Shown piece by piece: positions 23,030 through 35,081 of a stretch of 64,000 nucleotides of DNA. Source of the DNA: an uncultured Methanomicrobiaceae archaeon (GTDB taxonomy: Archaea > Halobacteriota > Methanomicrobia > Methanomicrobiales > Methanoculleaceae). The DNA is taken from positions 320,001-384,000 of the forward strand of contig CAWGXH010000003.1 of assembly GCA_963826525.1 (NCBI GenBank). The letters are read 5' to 3'. The notes under the pieces are model-generated. The model worked only from the letters and a program-made list of their open reading frames with translations, was not told where the DNA came from and made no database searches. Numbering within the stretch: position 1 is the first letter of the stretch; the number at the start of each line of letters is the position of its first letter. Made by a program: the position numbers and the translations under genes.

Positions 23030-23764
23030 TCACGGGCGCAGCACGTCCCGACGCCCCTGGTCCACGGCATGATCCGGGCGGAGGCCGAGGTGCCCGATAA
23101 GCGCCGAGAAACCGGTGAGCACATAGTCCGCGCCGGTGTTGCCTCTCTCCCCTGTGCGCCAGTCGCCGTAGCTCGCAAAGGCGGTCAGCATCCCGAGGTC
23201 CCTTCCCGGGGCGATGTCGCGATTCGGGCTGTCCCCGACCATCATCGCCTGGTGCGGCTCCGCCCCGAACCGGGCGAGGGCGTACAGGAACGAGTCCGGT
23301 GCCGGCTTTCGCTTCCCCGAGATATCGGGGGTGACGACCAGTTCGAAGAGATCCAAGAGTCCCGTGCGGGTGAGCCGCCGCGTCGCCTGGGCATATTCCG
23401 CATCCGTGACGACGGCAAGCGAAAGGCCGGCATCCCGGAGGCAGGAGAGCGTCGTCTCCACATCGGGATACGGGGTAATGCACTCGAGTTTCACGTCCTC
23501 GTAGATCCGGCAGCAGGCAGCGAACGTCTCCGGACAGACTACTGCGAGGGTATCGAGGTAGTCCCGGATATTTCCATGGTCTTCAAAGCCATGAACTCCC
23601 CGAAGGAAATAGCCGAAGAGCTCTTCTTCGTCCCCCGCCCCGACCTGCTCGACGATACGCCGGCAGGCCTCGCGTTTTGCAGACACGAAGTCGAAGAGCG
23701 TATTGTCCATATCGAATAAAATGGCGGTTATCTCTCGATCCCGAGCTCTGCAAGCCTTCTGCAT
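23030..23764 (-). CDS. HAD-superfamily hydrolase
   Basis: FDMDNTL, VVTD, KP and MVGDS..RDI motifs. Confidence 0.88.
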   Translation of the reverse strand: MQKACRARDREITAILFDMDNTLFDFVSAKREACRRIVEQVGAGDEEELFGYFLRGVHGFEDHGNIRDYLDTLAVVCPETFAACCRIYEDVKLECITPYPDVETTLSCLRDAGLSLAVVTDAEYAQATRRLTRTGLLDLFELVVTPDISGKRKPAPDSFLYALARFGAEPHQAMMVGDSPNRDIAPGRDLGMLTAFASYGDWRTGERGNTGADYVLTGFSALIGHLGLRPDHAVDQGRRDVLRP

Positions 23765-24739
23765 AGTGTTAGTTCCCCCAAAAATTTCCGGTAGAGTCCG
23801 TCGTCCGAGAAGCGGAGTTTCACCTCGTCGAGAGCGTTTCCTTTCCCCCCGTACTCCCCGAAGATGACGACGCCGCTACAGTCGATGAACCCGAATGCCG
23901 CGGAAAGCGTGAAGAGATACTCGAGAAATGCTCCCGCGGTGCAGGATGCCGCCCGAACCCGATAGGGCCGCTCGAAGAAGAAGTACTCGAATCCCCTCGG
24001 CGTCGCAGATATCGGCCATATAGATATCCGCCGTCAGCAGGACGGGAAGGGCGTATCGCTCCTCCTCGAACCGCCGCATTGCCTGGGCGATCTTCCGATC
24101 GTTCTCGCTGTTCCGGTGCGAATGCTGCCCGGGCGACGCTATCTCGGTCGCCCGGTCGCGGATGCTCCGGTACTCCCTGAGGGCCAGGTATGCGGCTTTC
24201 CGGGATTTCTTGGTGCGTTTGTTCTCGAGTTCGGCGATGAGCGATGCATGTTCCGGTGCATACCCGGCAAACTCGGCGATCCTGCCGGTGCTGTACTTGT
24301 GGTTGATGGCAAACGTGATCTCGTCCCGGACCGTATCGACGATGAGGTACTTATGAGGAGCGATGGCAGGATTGACGGACGCAAAGCGCTGGTAGAAAAG
24401 GTTGGTATCGAGCCCGAAGAAGACGTCCTTCTTCAGCCGGTGGTAGGCGGAGAGCATCCCGTCGAAGGTCTCCTGGTTGTCGTACCTGATGATGCCGCTC
24501 GCAAGCGCGCACTCAAGAATGTCCGAGTAGGACGGAAGTTCATTCGCGACGGAGCCGAAACGCTCCTGCGAGGTCCGGATATCGTCGCTGTCGGCACGGA
24601 GGTCGAGTTCGTAGCCGGTGCCCTTCGGCCGTGCCGTCAGCAGGTCGTGGTCGTAGAGGGGATAGGAGATGCTGATCTCCCCGTCCATCAGGTTGAGGAG
24701 GATCTGCAGTTCGCCCGCGACGATGGTGATATCGCTCAT
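23728..24739 (-). CDS. PIN-domain protein (frameshift near 23990)
   Basis: LDTN, V.DE, ND..I and LLTAD acidic tetrad; corrected frame ends ...LAELGIER* at 23728. Confidence 0.8.
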
Positions 24740-25233
24740 GGGGAGTTCCTCCGCCCGGCCTCTTCTGAAAAGTCCCTGATCTCCTGTATCCGGAGAGGAA
24801 TCATCATATACGGCTTTGCAATATCCTCGACGCTCTTCATTGCCAGGTAGTATATGTGCCGGATCTCCGTCCCACCCGCAGCAACGGCTGCGAGGGCTCC
24901 TGCAATCGTGGCTTTCCTTCCCGAGGTGATGTCGAGTGCGATGAGGAACCCTTCACCTGAAAGCCGCTCGACGAGGGAGCCGACCGTCCGCCCGGCACCG
25001 ACAAAATCCGCCTCCTCCACAAGCTCGAGGAAGATCTCCGGGTCTGCCCCATAGGCCTCCGAGATGATCCCGATCGCCGCCTTTGCCGTTTCTGCGTTCT
25101 CTGCATACGGCCGTTCCGCAATAATATAGACCCGCTCGGGGCGAAGGCCCCGCTCCCGGAGGACGGCATAGTAGGTGTTGACGAGAGCCCACGTCGACCG
25201 CCCGAGAGGAGTTATATAGGCATCCTGTGGCAT
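24736..25233 (-). CDS. Stand-alone CARF-like Rossmann domain protein
   Basis: N-terminal strand YITPLGRS and the hallmark LDITSGRK (DxTxGxK) followed by IYYL; ATGA overlap with the PIN gene. Confidence 0.7.
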   Translation of the reverse strand: MPQDAYITPLGRSTWALVNTYYAVLRERGLRPERVYIIAERPYAENAETAKAAIGIISEAYGADPEIFLELVEEADFVGAGRTVGSLVERLSGEGFLIALDITSGRKATIAGALAAVAAGGTEIRHIYYLAMKSVEDIAKPYMMIPLRIQEIRDFSEEAGRRNSP

Positions 25234-25573
25234 CGGCATCTCCAAAGAGATTCTGGTCTTCCTTCTTCAAAACTCTCTCCCGGATCTATATAGTTTTTTT
25301 CCGGTGGGATCGCCGTCGCCCGTGGGGCGTTTTGCCGGCTCGAAAACCGTTTTTCTGTTCTTCTTCGATCTGCTTACGGCGGTTTTTCAAAGAGATTGTC
25401 TTTTTGGGAAACGGCTTAATCTGGTTCTGATTTCACATCTGAGATTTAATAGGGGCTTATAGGGGAAACAAACCCCTCAGAAAAAGAATAAAATTTGGTA
25501 AGAATTTTATGATAAGTCCGCTAAAAGGGGTACTTGAGCGCTACGCTTCAGAGATCCGTGAAGGGAACGAGCG

Positions 25574-26185
25574 ATGACGAGAGATGCAGGACCAGGAACG
25601 CCTGAAGAGATCTGGGGTCTCGTCGACCCCGACCAGACGAGAAAGATGCGCCGGGACGCGATCGAGGACGGCGAGCTTATCGAGATAACCCGGATGGGAA
25701 AAGACATCGGCATACGCTACCCCCTTGCCGTATCGGCACGGGCGGCGGAGCGTCTGGTGCCGTTCCCGAACATCCCCCAGGATACCGTCACGGAGAACCT
25801 GTGGGATACGCTCCATGCATTCCGGGAGAAGGCATCGAGCACCCCCGAAGCGGAGTTTATCTTCTCGGTGAGCCTCTACCTGAACGGTCTGGTGCCGACG
25901 CTGACGTTCAAAGCGACGGTCTCGGCGGGGGACGAGGGCGAGCCGGTCATCACCATAATGACCCCCGAGGAAGACTGGGAGAGTGTCGGCGGCGGCGTCC
26001 CGTCTTCCGATAGCCCTGCCGGGCCCGCGCTCTTTACCGTCGATGATGTTGCGCGCCTGCTGAAGTTCTCCCCCTGCCGTATCCGGGCCTTCATCCGGGA
26101 CGAGAAGATTCCCGCCGTCAAGTGCGGAGGGTCGTGGCGTATCAGGCGGTCGGATATCGAGCGCATCATCACCGACGGGTTCTGA
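25574..26185 (+). CDS. DUF6573-like domain fused to an excisionase-type HTH
   Basis: RRDAIEDGELIEIT...YPLAVS...LWD...GDEGEPVITIMTPEED, then FTVDDVARLL...IPAVKCGGSWRIRRSDI. Confidence 0.75.
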   Translation: MTRDAGPGTPEEIWGLVDPDQTRKMRRDAIEDGELIEITRMGKDIGIRYPLAVSARAAERLVPFPNIPQDTVTENLWDTLHAFREKASSTPEAEFIFSVSLYLNGLVPTLTFKATVSAGDEGEPVITIMTPEEDWESVGGGVPSSDSPAGPALFTVDDVARLLKFSPCRIRAFIRDEKIPAVKCGGSWRIRRSDIERIITDGF

Positions 26186-26317
26186 GAACCGATCCGCTCC
26201 CCTCCCGCGGAAAGATTCTGTCTTCGGACCAACCCCCTATTTTTAGTTTGCGATTCTGGATTCGCCATATGAGGAAACGTATATCCTTTTTATACGTGCT
26301 AATGTAGATATTAGTGC

Positions 26318-29300
26318 ATGCGGACGAGTGGCATGCCCTTTTGTCGGATCTGCACCGGTACATCGGGCGCCGGGCTCTCCGACGGCATGACGAGCAGCGC
26401 TGCCTGTTACGGGAGAGGTTACCTGCCGTACGGCACCGGGTGCGCGGGCATGCTTGCACTCGTCGCTCTCCTCTGCACCCTCGCTCTCTTTGCCTCCCCG
26501 TCTCTCTCCTTCGATACCGTTCCGGTCTCCCCCGATATGCCTCTCGTGGCAGTGGCCGGACTCTTTGGCGAGAGGGGCCGTTCCCTGCTCGGCAGGTTAT
26601 GGCGTACCGGGGAGCCGAAGGAGACTGCCGATGAACCGGGTTCTGCGGAGAGGAAGATCGTTCCCGCAGAAGACGAACCACGTCCACCGGCTATTCCTAG
26701 AGGAGAGATGCCCCTCGCGATCCCGGCCGCCGCCGACGATCCATCCACAATCATCGAACGTCTTGATGCCATCCCCGTCATTGCGGAACAGGTACTCGGC
26801 GTTTGCCGCGCTCGATGCCGCCGAGTTTAAAAGCCGCATGAGTGATTCGGCAGCCGCTCTTCTGGAGGATGACGAATTCGCCGGGAGTTTTTTAGAACCG
26901 CACCGCTCCGAAGAGACGGATCCCTTCGAAGAGGAGGCGGCTTGCGGGGGGAACGAACCTGTTCTTGACCCGGCTCCGCCCGAGGATCTTGCGGCCCTTC
27001 CGGCCGAAGAGTCCGGGATGCTGGAGGATGCTCTCTCCGAACTCGAAGCGATCGATCTGCCGGAGAGCGACCCGGCGTTCCCGGATCTCGCGATCGATGA
27101 GTGCGAGCCGGAGACGGACGAACCCGAATACGGTGCTCTCTCTCCCGACGAACTCGTTACACGCCTCGGGAGCGATGATGCGGACGAGCGTCGGCGTGCG
27201 GTACAGGCGCTCGGAGCGATCGGTGCCGAGGCGGTCGGGCCGCTCATCGGCGTGCTCGGCGATGCGGGCGATCAGGTCAGGTGGGCTTCCGCGGATGCTC
27301 TCCGGATCATCGGCACTCCTGCTATTCCGTCCCTGATCCGTTCTCTCAAGGACCCCGCCCTGCAGCTCGGCGCCGCGACGGCACTCGTGAAGATGGGCGA
27401 ACCCGCGGTGCCGCACCTCATCGAGGCGCTCATCGACGGAGACCGCGATATCCTTATCGGAGCAGTGTACGCCCTCGAGGAGATTGGCAAACCGGCGATA
27501 CCCTACCTTGTCCCGGCGCTCACGCGTCCCGAAGAGGGGCTCTCGAGGAAGGCTGCCGAACTCCTCGGAGAACTTGGATGGAAGCCGGAAGACGACGACG
27601 GGCGGATCGGCTACCTGATCGCCCGGGAAGAATGGATTGCTATCGCAGAACTCGGCGAACCCGCGGTCGACCCGCTTATCGAACTGCTCGCATCCTCCGA
27701 CCCGGGTGTCCGGCGGAGTGCGGCGCGGACGCTCGGCGCGATGGGGGAGATTGCCGTGGACCGACTGGCCGCGGTTCTCAGGGAAGGTGACCTGCAATCG
27801 CAGAAACTGGCCGGGCTTGCTCTCGCAGATATCGGCACGCCCGCGGTCGGGCCGCTTTTCGGGATGCTCCGGATTCCGGAGATCCGGACGACGGCCGGCG
27901 CGGCGCTCGCCAGGATCGGCGAGCCGGCGGTGCAGCCTCTTCTATCGGCGTTGCAGGGCGCGGAGGATGATTGCCGAGAGACCCTGCAGGGCATTCTCGT
28001 CGGCATCGGCGAGCCGGCGGAGACCGCGCTCATCCAGGTGTTGATGACGGGCGGCACGGATGAAGGCCGGGTCGCGGCACCGGTTCTCGAGAGGATGGGC
28101 TGGGAGCCGTGGAACGATCACGAGCGGGCTCACTATCTGGTTGCAAAGGAGCAGTGGACCGAGCTTGCGCTGCTCGGTCAGGCGGCGCTCGCTCCGCTTA
28201 TCCGGGCAGTCGCGAGCGACGACCCGTCTATCCGGCGTGAAGCAGCGGAGACGCTCGGTCAGCTCGGCGATGCACAGGCCGTCCTGCCTCTCGTGCGTGC
28301 CCTCGACGACGAGTTCATCCGCATCGAGGCCGCAGAGGCACTTTTCAGAATCGGCAATCCCGCCGTCGCCCCCCTCCTGCAGGTGCTCGAACAGGGCGAC
28401 GGGGAGGCGCGAAGGCTTGCAGCCGAGATCCTCGGACGTATTGGCCGTGCAGAAGCGACCGGGGGGCTTATCCGGGCTCTGTATGCCGGAGACGACCGCC
28501 TGCGGAGAGTGGCGGTGGACTCCCTTGCGGCGATCGGCGAGCCTGCGGTGGCTCCGCTGATTGCAACCCTCGGCGAGGATGACGACCTGCAGATGAGCGG
28601 GATCCTCGCGCTTGCACGGATTGGGGCGAGCAGTCTCGACCCGCTCCGGAGTGCTCTTGCTTCCCGGAGCCCCCGGGTTCGGGCGGGAGCTGCAGAGGCG
28701 CTGGAGCGGCTCGGCTGGTCTCCCCGGGATGATACGGACCGGGCACGGTATCTGGTCGCACGGGAGCGGTGGGTGGATGCTGCAGCCCTCGGGGAGCCGG
28801 CAGTGGCTCCGCTCATCGATGCGTTCCGTGACCCGGACGGAGCAGCCCGGGCCGGTGCCGGGGAAGCGCTTCTACGCATCGGGGCAGGTGCGGTGCCGTC
28901 GCTCATCGGTCTTTTTGACGACGATTCGTCCCGTGAGGCGGCGGCGGGGCTGCTTGAACGGATAGGCGTTCCTGCGCTCGACCCGCTTCTCCGGGTGCTC
29001 GGCGATGAGCGAACCGGCAGAATTGCGGCGGATATTCTGGTGCGGATCGGCGAGCCGGCCGGCCGCGCGCTGGTGCCCGCTCTCACCAGTCCGGACGTTC
29101 TGCCCGAAGCGAGATACGCACTGACCGCCATGGGTATCCGCGCCGTCGAACCGCTCGTCGATGCGCTCCGCGACGATCGCCTTCGACGGGAGGCTGCCGA
29201 TATCCTGCTCGCGATCGGGAGCGATGCCTATGCTCCGCTCATTCGCGCGCTCTCCGATCCCGATGAGGATATCCGGCTCGGCGTTGCTGCGGTCCTTACC

Positions 29301-30569
29301 CGTGTGGGAACGGCTGCGGCGGACGATCTCGTCGATGCCCTCGGATCGGATGATTTCAGGGTGCGCCTCGGTGCTGCGGAGGTCCTCGGGCGGATCGGGT
29401 GGCGGCCTCGGAGCGAGGCGGAGGCTATCCACTACCTTCTCGCGAAGGAGCAGTGGACGGAACTTGCGCGCCTCGGCGCTCCGGCGGTGGCTCCGCTCAT
29501 CCTCGCCCTCAGCGACCCCGACGGGGACGTGCAGATGGGGGCGGCTTCGGCACTCGGTATGATAGGGAGGCCCGCCGTAGCGCCCCTTATCCTCGCGCTC
29601 CGTGACGAAGATGCGGTCGAGAGCGAAAAGGCGATCGAAGCGCTGCGGAAGATCGGGGAGCCTGCCATAGATGCGCTGATCCAGGCATTCCGGGACGAGG
29701 ACTGGCAGATCCGTCTCGGAGCGGCGCGGGCGCTCGTCAGGATAGGAACTCCGTCGGTCGACCCGCTTATCCAGGCGCTACACCTCGGGTCGCCTTCGAT
29801 CACGATGGGTGCCGCAGCCGCGCTCGGCAAGATAGGCGATCCGAGAGCCGTCGACTCCCTGGTGCTGGTGCTCCTGCAGGAGGACTGGCATATCGGCAGG
29901 CTCGCAGTGCATGCTCTCGGGATGCTCGGCGAGCCCGCTATCGATCCGCTGACGCGGGTGCTCAAAGACGGGAGCGAGACGGCCTGGAAGGGTGCCGTGG
30001 CTGCTATCGTGACGATCGGCGAGCCCGCAAAGCCGCGGCTCTGCGAACTGCTCGCGGACGATCATTTCCGGGTTCGGGCAGGGGCTGCGGAGGCGCTGGA
30101 TCGCCTGCACTGGAAGCCGGCCGATACGGTTGCCCGCGCCCACTACCTGATCGCAAAAGAGCAGTGGGTCGATCTGGTGCACCTCGGCGGAACTGCCGTC
30201 GAACCGCTCATCGGGGTGCTCCGTGACGGTGATGACAGTATCAGACGGCGGGCTGCCGGGCTCCTCGGGGAGATCGGGGACGCTCGCGCCGCAGAGCCGC
30301 TTCTTTGCCTGCTCTCCGACGACTACCACAGTATCCGCCGGGAGGCTGCAGCCGCGCTCGTCAAGATAGGAGAGCCGTCGGTCGGACCGCTCATCCGTGC
30401 TCTTGCGAGCGGTGACGAAGACGTCCGGCGGCGGGCTTGTGGAGCACTCGGGGATATCGCGAGCGTCGAGGCGGCAGAGCCCCTCCGTCAGGCGCTTACC
30501 GATGCGAGCTGGCACGTGCAGCAGGCCGCACGCGATGCACTTTTGAAGATCCGGCAGCGGCGCGGGTAA
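26318..30569 (+). CDS. Very large HEAT/PBS-lyase repeat protein with hydrophobic N-terminus and acidic linker (frameshift near 26800; start uncertain)
   Basis: Dozens of AA.AL..IG.PAV.PLI.AL.D repeats in the 1371-aa ORF. Confidence 0.85.
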
Positions 30570-30894
30570 GCGGCCCGTACAGGTGCCGGACGCTTAATCG
30601 CGAACGGAGAGTTCCCGTCATAACTGATAGTCCGGAGCAGGAGGGGGCTCTGCCCCCTCCCGCACCCTCCCCCGCGATGCGATAGGTGGGATTGGCCGTG
30701 TCCCCGGTCCGACATGTATTGCCGTTTTTTGTTGATCGACTCCGGAAGATTACTCCAATCAGAATTGATCTTTTCATTCCCGGACACTTCTCCGACCGGC
30801 TACAATGCAGCGGGGCGACGCAGAATTTCTGCAGGAGAATGGAGCGCGTATGCTCGATGCGCGTAACAATAACAGAATCGGAACAAAACTGTGA

Positions 30895-30979
30895 TGCGAG
30901 GGGAGCGATTTGAACGCTCGGACCCCTTCGAGACTAGGCCCTCAACCTAGCGCCTTTGACCTGGCTCGGCAACCCTCGC
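30895..30979 (-). tRNA. tRNA-Leu(GAG)
   Basis: Reverse complement GCGAGGG...CTAGG-TTGAGGG-CCTAG...GTTCAAATC...CCCTCGCA; long variable arm; 85 nt; CCA not encoded. Confidence 0.95.
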
Positions 30980-31194
30980 ACGTGTCCTCTATATAGAATG
31001 CTGTGCCCCCTAAAATAGATTGCTCTTCGTTCCCGGGGTGGCGGCCTGCGGGGAAGGACTCATTCCCCTCATCCACCCGATCTGCATCCTGTTTTTTCCT
31101 TGGATACTGCGGCCGCCGTGGTGAACGGCGGGGCGCCAACGCCCACCAACCGGCATCGGTGTATATTTATCCGCATCGCTCCAATCTCTGACGC

Positions 31195-31696
31195 ATGTGG
31201 GCTGAGATCCTGCGGGAGTTCTCCGACTCGCCGTCCCAGTGCAGAGTGGTGCGTTTTCTGCTGGAAAACGGTTTCGGCGTCAACGAAGACGGCAGAATCG
31301 TATGCAACGGAGTCGAGATTCCGGCGACGCATATCGGAAAGGCGATCGACACGGACCGGCGCGTCGTGGACGCCACCGCCCGCCGCATCCTCGCCATCCC
31401 CGCTCTCAGAGATGTCTTCACGCATATGCGGGCGTCTCCCGATCTCTCCCGGGTCGCCGAGGCGCTGGGTCTTTCCGTGATCACGCTCATCCCGAAGAAT
31501 GCGCAGCAGAAAGGCATCGTCGGTGCGGCGGTGGCGGTGCTCGTGAACCACCAGCTCGCGATTAGGCAGATCTTCGTGACCGACCCCTACTTCGCCGAAG
31601 AGCCGAAGCTCGTCATGATCCTCGACGAAAAAGTGCCTTCCGTGGTCTTCGAGGAGCTCCCGGGCGCTTCCGCAGGTAAAACAACTGATTATCTGA
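31195..31696 (+). CDS. ACT-domain-containing archaeal regulator (frameshift near 31660)
   Basis: LLENGF.V, IGKAIDTDRRVVDAT and IRQIFVTDP motifs. Confidence 0.8.
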
Positions 31697-32162
31697 AGAG
31701 TTCCATCTCCAGATACAACCGGTACATCCGTCTTCTCATCTTTCGCGGGAGATCGATCGAGCGGAGGAGCCGCTCCTCGATGGTGATCACCCGCGTCCCT
31801 TTCACCAGATTATCCGCATGGGCGACGATCTTCTCCTCGATGGTGCGGGGCAGCGCGTCGCGGGGCAGCAGGCCGAGCAGGGATGCTTCGTCCGCCGTCA
31901 GCCCGGCGCCGATATGCCGCTCGACGATGGAGATTACCGGCGCGGGAAGGCCGAGCGAGCGGCATACCTCCCCTCCCGCCTCCGCATGATCGAGCCCGTG
32001 CGTCCGCCCCCGTCCGATATCGTGGAGGAGCGCGCCTGATTCCACGAGGTCGGCCCGCACCGTCGGATCGGCGGCAAACGTCAGTGCTACGTCGCGCACC
32101 GCCCTGCAGTGCGCGATGACGCCGGGGCTGCACCCGGCGCGTTCGAGGTAGTGCTCACTCAA
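31689..32162 (-). CDS. HDIG metal-dependent phosphohydrolase (TIGR00295-like)
   Basis: VIAHC, LLHDIGR, ERHIGAG and [11 protein letters not shown] motifs. Confidence 0.88.
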   Translation of the reverse strand: MSEHYLERAGCSPGVIAHCRAVRDVALTFAADPTVRADLVESGALLHDIGRGRTHGLDHAEAGGEVCRSLGLPAPVISIVERHIGAGLTADEASLLGLLPRDALPRTIEEKIVAHADNLVKGTRVITIEERLLRSIDLPRKMRRRMYRLYLEMELFR

Positions 32163-32676
32163 CGCCGAGACTCTCTTTGATCTTCTGGACGCGCTTGTGC
32201 AGTGCGGTGACGAGGAGTTCGTTGTCGAAGTGGTCGAGCATCGTCTCGCAGTTCGGGCATTCGAAGTTCCAGTTCGCGGCATCGGTGAAGGTATAGATGA
32301 CGCCGCAGTCCTTGCACATGTAAAAGTCGTTGCGCTCCTCGAAGTCGAGCCGGGCGTCCAGGTGCTCGATGACGTCTCTGATATTCTCCTCGATGACATC
32401 GTGGATGCGATCGATCCGGAGGTGCCAGAGGTAGGTCAGCCAGCCCGTCTCGTTGTTCTTCAGCCTGCGGTACTCGGCGAGGCGTTTTTCATAGAGCGTA
32501 TACAGCGTATGTCGAACGGTGTTGAGGTTGATGCCGGTCTTCTCGGCAAGTTCCTCGTCGCTGTACTCTCCCTCTTCTGGAAACCGCCGGATGAGTTCTA
32601 TTCCGTTGTCACCGATCATGCGGTGAATATATGCAGTGACGGCGGGTTCGCTCAGCAGATCAGCAACGCTAGCCAT
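32155..32676 (-). CDS. tfe: Transcription factor E
   Basis: [28 protein letters not shown] winged helix; C..C...F.CP.C zinc ribbon. Confidence 0.95.
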   Translation of the reverse strand: MASVADLLSEPAVTAYIHRMIGDNGIELIRRFPEEGEYSDEELAEKTGINLNTVRHTLYTLYEKRLAEYRRLKNNETGWLTYLWHLRIDRIHDVIEENIRDVIEHLDARLDFEERNDFYMCKDCGVIYTFTDAANWNFECPNCETMLDHFDNELLVTALHKRVQKIKESLGVE

Positions 32677-33755
32677 GCTCCATATATCTGCGGACGGTTG
32701 TAATATGTGTATCTAGCATCCGAAGAGCGTCTTCGCGACTGCTCCCCCATCCGTAGACGCTCACGATCGCCTGCCCCTCCTCCGCCTCCGTTCCCGGCCA
32801 GGGGATATCCGCGACGGCGGGGGCAAGACCCGCAAGATCGGCGCGGATCACAGAGTCCCGCTCGGCGAAGAGGATGCGCCGGACACAGACGCGTTTCTGT
32901 TCCGGCATCCGTTCGGGAAGCCGTCCGCGGCAGGCGTCGACGTGCAGGCCGAAAGACGCTCATGCCGGTCGCCATCTCGACGGTGTCGAGCGTCGCCTGA
33001 AACCGGGGATTGATCTCGATAGCCCACGCATCGCTCCCGAGCATGAAGTCGACGCCGACCGATCCGAGGCAGCCGCTCGCGGCGACGATCTCCTCGGCAA
33101 TCCTCGCCATCCGATCGGCGAGCGGGTGGCCGGCCGGCGTGATCGAGCCGGCAAAACCGTGCGCGTATGCGCTCTTCCCGCGGAGGAGCTGCTCGTTCGT
33201 CGCGATCGCGAGGGCTCTCGTTCCGTCGGCGATGCAGGAGACGCTTGCCGGCATGCCGTCGACGACCTGCTGGGCGATATAGGGTGCATCCGGGAAGGCC
33301 TCCTCCCAGCGCCGGCGCTCCTCCCCGGAGCGGACGACGGCGTTCCGCCAGCCTCCGGCGCCGCGCCGGGGTTTGAGCATGGCCGGATACGCACCCTCCG
33401 CGGCGAGCGGCGGCACCGGAACCTTCAGTTCCTCGAAGAACCGCTGGATCTCCATCTTGTCGAGGTAGCGCTCGACCTTCGCCGGCGGCGTCCCGCAGAG
33501 GGGTATCGTCGTGCCGATCGTCTCGGCACCGCTCGTCACCACCAGCATATCGACGGAGTGGCGGTCGGCCATATCGATCACCCGGTCGTAGAGCTCGGCG
33601 AGCTCGTCGAACGTGCAGCAGTCCTTCGTATACCACCGGAGATCCTGGTCGCAGAAGTGATCGACCGCATAGACCTCGTATCCGGCACGGTGCGCGGACT
33701 GTGCCACGTGGCGCGTGGCAAACCCGGCAACGAGCACCCGTTCCTTCACGGTCAC
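32669..33755 (-). CDS. ATP-grasp domain protein (frameshift near 32950)
   Basis: [21 protein letters not shown] and IEINPRFQ motifs. Confidence 0.85.
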
Positions 33756-33759
33756 CCTC

Positions 33760-34284
33760 TCACTTCTCTACCGTCTTCTTCCCGATCTTGGACGGTTCGA
33801 TCCTGATGGCGGCGTCGGGATATTCGCGGTTCAACTCCGATCCCTCGAAGAGGTGGTCGAGGAAGAGAGCGAGGCTCGAGATCTCCGAGTGCGGCTGCGT
33901 GGTGACCGAGACGTTGTAGTCGGCCATCGCGTAGACATCTCCCGGAACCTTCTCGGCCCCGACGACGACGAGCACTTTCTCGGCACTCCGAATCTCGCCG
34001 ATCACGTCGGTCATCCGGAGCCCGTACATGGTGAGGTGCACGACGGTGCCGCCGCCCGCCTTCCAGTCCTCGATGCACCCTTTCCACGCCACCTTATCTT
34101 CCGCAAAAAAGTCTCCCCCCCAGCGGTCGACCACATCACGGATGCTTTTCACGACGCCGGAGTCGTTCGCGGCGAGGTACATGCCGCGTGCCCCGAGCGC
34201 CCGGGCCGCAAGCCCGACGTGGGTCGTGACGCGCTGATCGCGTTCCGGCCGGTGCCCGACGCGGAGAATAGCAACTTCCGGCAT
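33760..34284 (-). CDS. trm56: tRNA (cytidine56-2'-O)-methyltransferase
   Basis: [29 protein letters not shown] and QPHSE motifs. Confidence 0.95.
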   Translation of the reverse strand: MPEVAILRVGHRPERDQRVTTHVGLAARALGARGMYLAANDSGVVKSIRDVVDRWGGDFFAEDKVAWKGCIEDWKAGGGTVVHLTMYGLRMTDVIGEIRSAEKVLVVVGAEKVPGDVYAMADYNVSVTTQPHSEISSLALFLDHLFEGSELNREYPDAAIRIEPSKIGKKTVEK

Positions 34285-34562
34285 TATCGATCGTTCCTGG
34301 CTTTGATGACCCCGTTCTCGATGACGAACGGGAGGTCGTCCATGGCATTCTTCAGTCTGCACGACATCAGCGAGTCCTGAATGGAGAGCACCTGCAGGTG
34401 CTCCCCGCTCCTCCCGATGAGGTGATACCGCTCGAGCCGCTCGACCGAGGATGAAACGATCGAAAGGTCATGCCCGGTGCCGGCGGCGAGTTCGTCCGGC
34501 GTGATGCCGTTCTGCCCGGCGATCCGGTGATAGAGTAACCAGTCCAGGTCTTCTTCGCGCAC
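34284..34562 (-). CDS. Small winged-HTH (MarR-like) protein
   Basis: DWLLYHRI...ELAAGTG...[11 protein letters not shown]. Confidence 0.7.
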   Translation of the reverse strand: MREEDLDWLLYHRIAGQNGITPDELAAGTGHDLSIVSSSVERLERYHLIGRSGEHLQVLSIQDSLMSCRLKNAMDDLPFVIENGVIKARNDR

Positions 34563-34682
34563 ATATAGTCTTTCTTTTACGGGTGCGATATAGTTTGTTC
34601 ATATGCGTCTCCGGAAGGCTTTTTCCGGCCGGAGTTCGTATGGAAAAGAGACGGAAACTTTCTGCAGGCACCGGGGATAAGG

Positions 34683-35078
34683 ATGACGACGGATTACTAT
34701 GAACTGGCGGCTCTTGCCGATAGCCTCTTTACGATCAGCGATGAAGACGAAGAGAAACTGGCCGGACTGCTCGACGAGCTCGACCCCGGCGTGCGCAGGG
34801 AACTGCTCTCCTCCGACCTCTTAAACGCATATCAGGTCTTTTACTACTACTTCCGCGAGACGCCGGACGAGCTCGTGCAGGACCGCCTGCTGCTGCACGC
34901 CGCATCCGATCTTGGAGGAGGTCTCCTCATCGAGGAGTACGATATCTACGAGGTCATCCTCGCCGTGAAGGACGAACTGCCGGTGATCGTCGTCACCGAC
35001 GGCGATGAGGAGACGGCACGGTTCTCCGGCCGCTCGGCATATCGCGAGATGATGGCGTACCTGAGCACGGGGCCGTGA
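34683..35078 (+). CDS. Acidic hypothetical protein
   Basis: 131-aa ORF with host codon usage. Confidence 0.7.
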   Translation: MTTDYYELAALADSLFTISDEDEEKLAGLLDELDPGVRRELLSSDLLNAYQVFYYYFRETPDELVQDRLLLHAASDLGGGLLIEEYDIYEVILAVKDELPVIVVTDGDEETARFSGRSAYREMMAYLSTGP

Positions 35079-35081
35079 CGG

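Noticed and set aside
23000-30979. Integrated element using tRNA-Leu as attachment site (excisionase-like gene and CARF-PIN lie downstream of the tRNA 3' end)
   Set aside because: No integrase and no duplicated tRNA 3' end found by eye; codon usage is host-like
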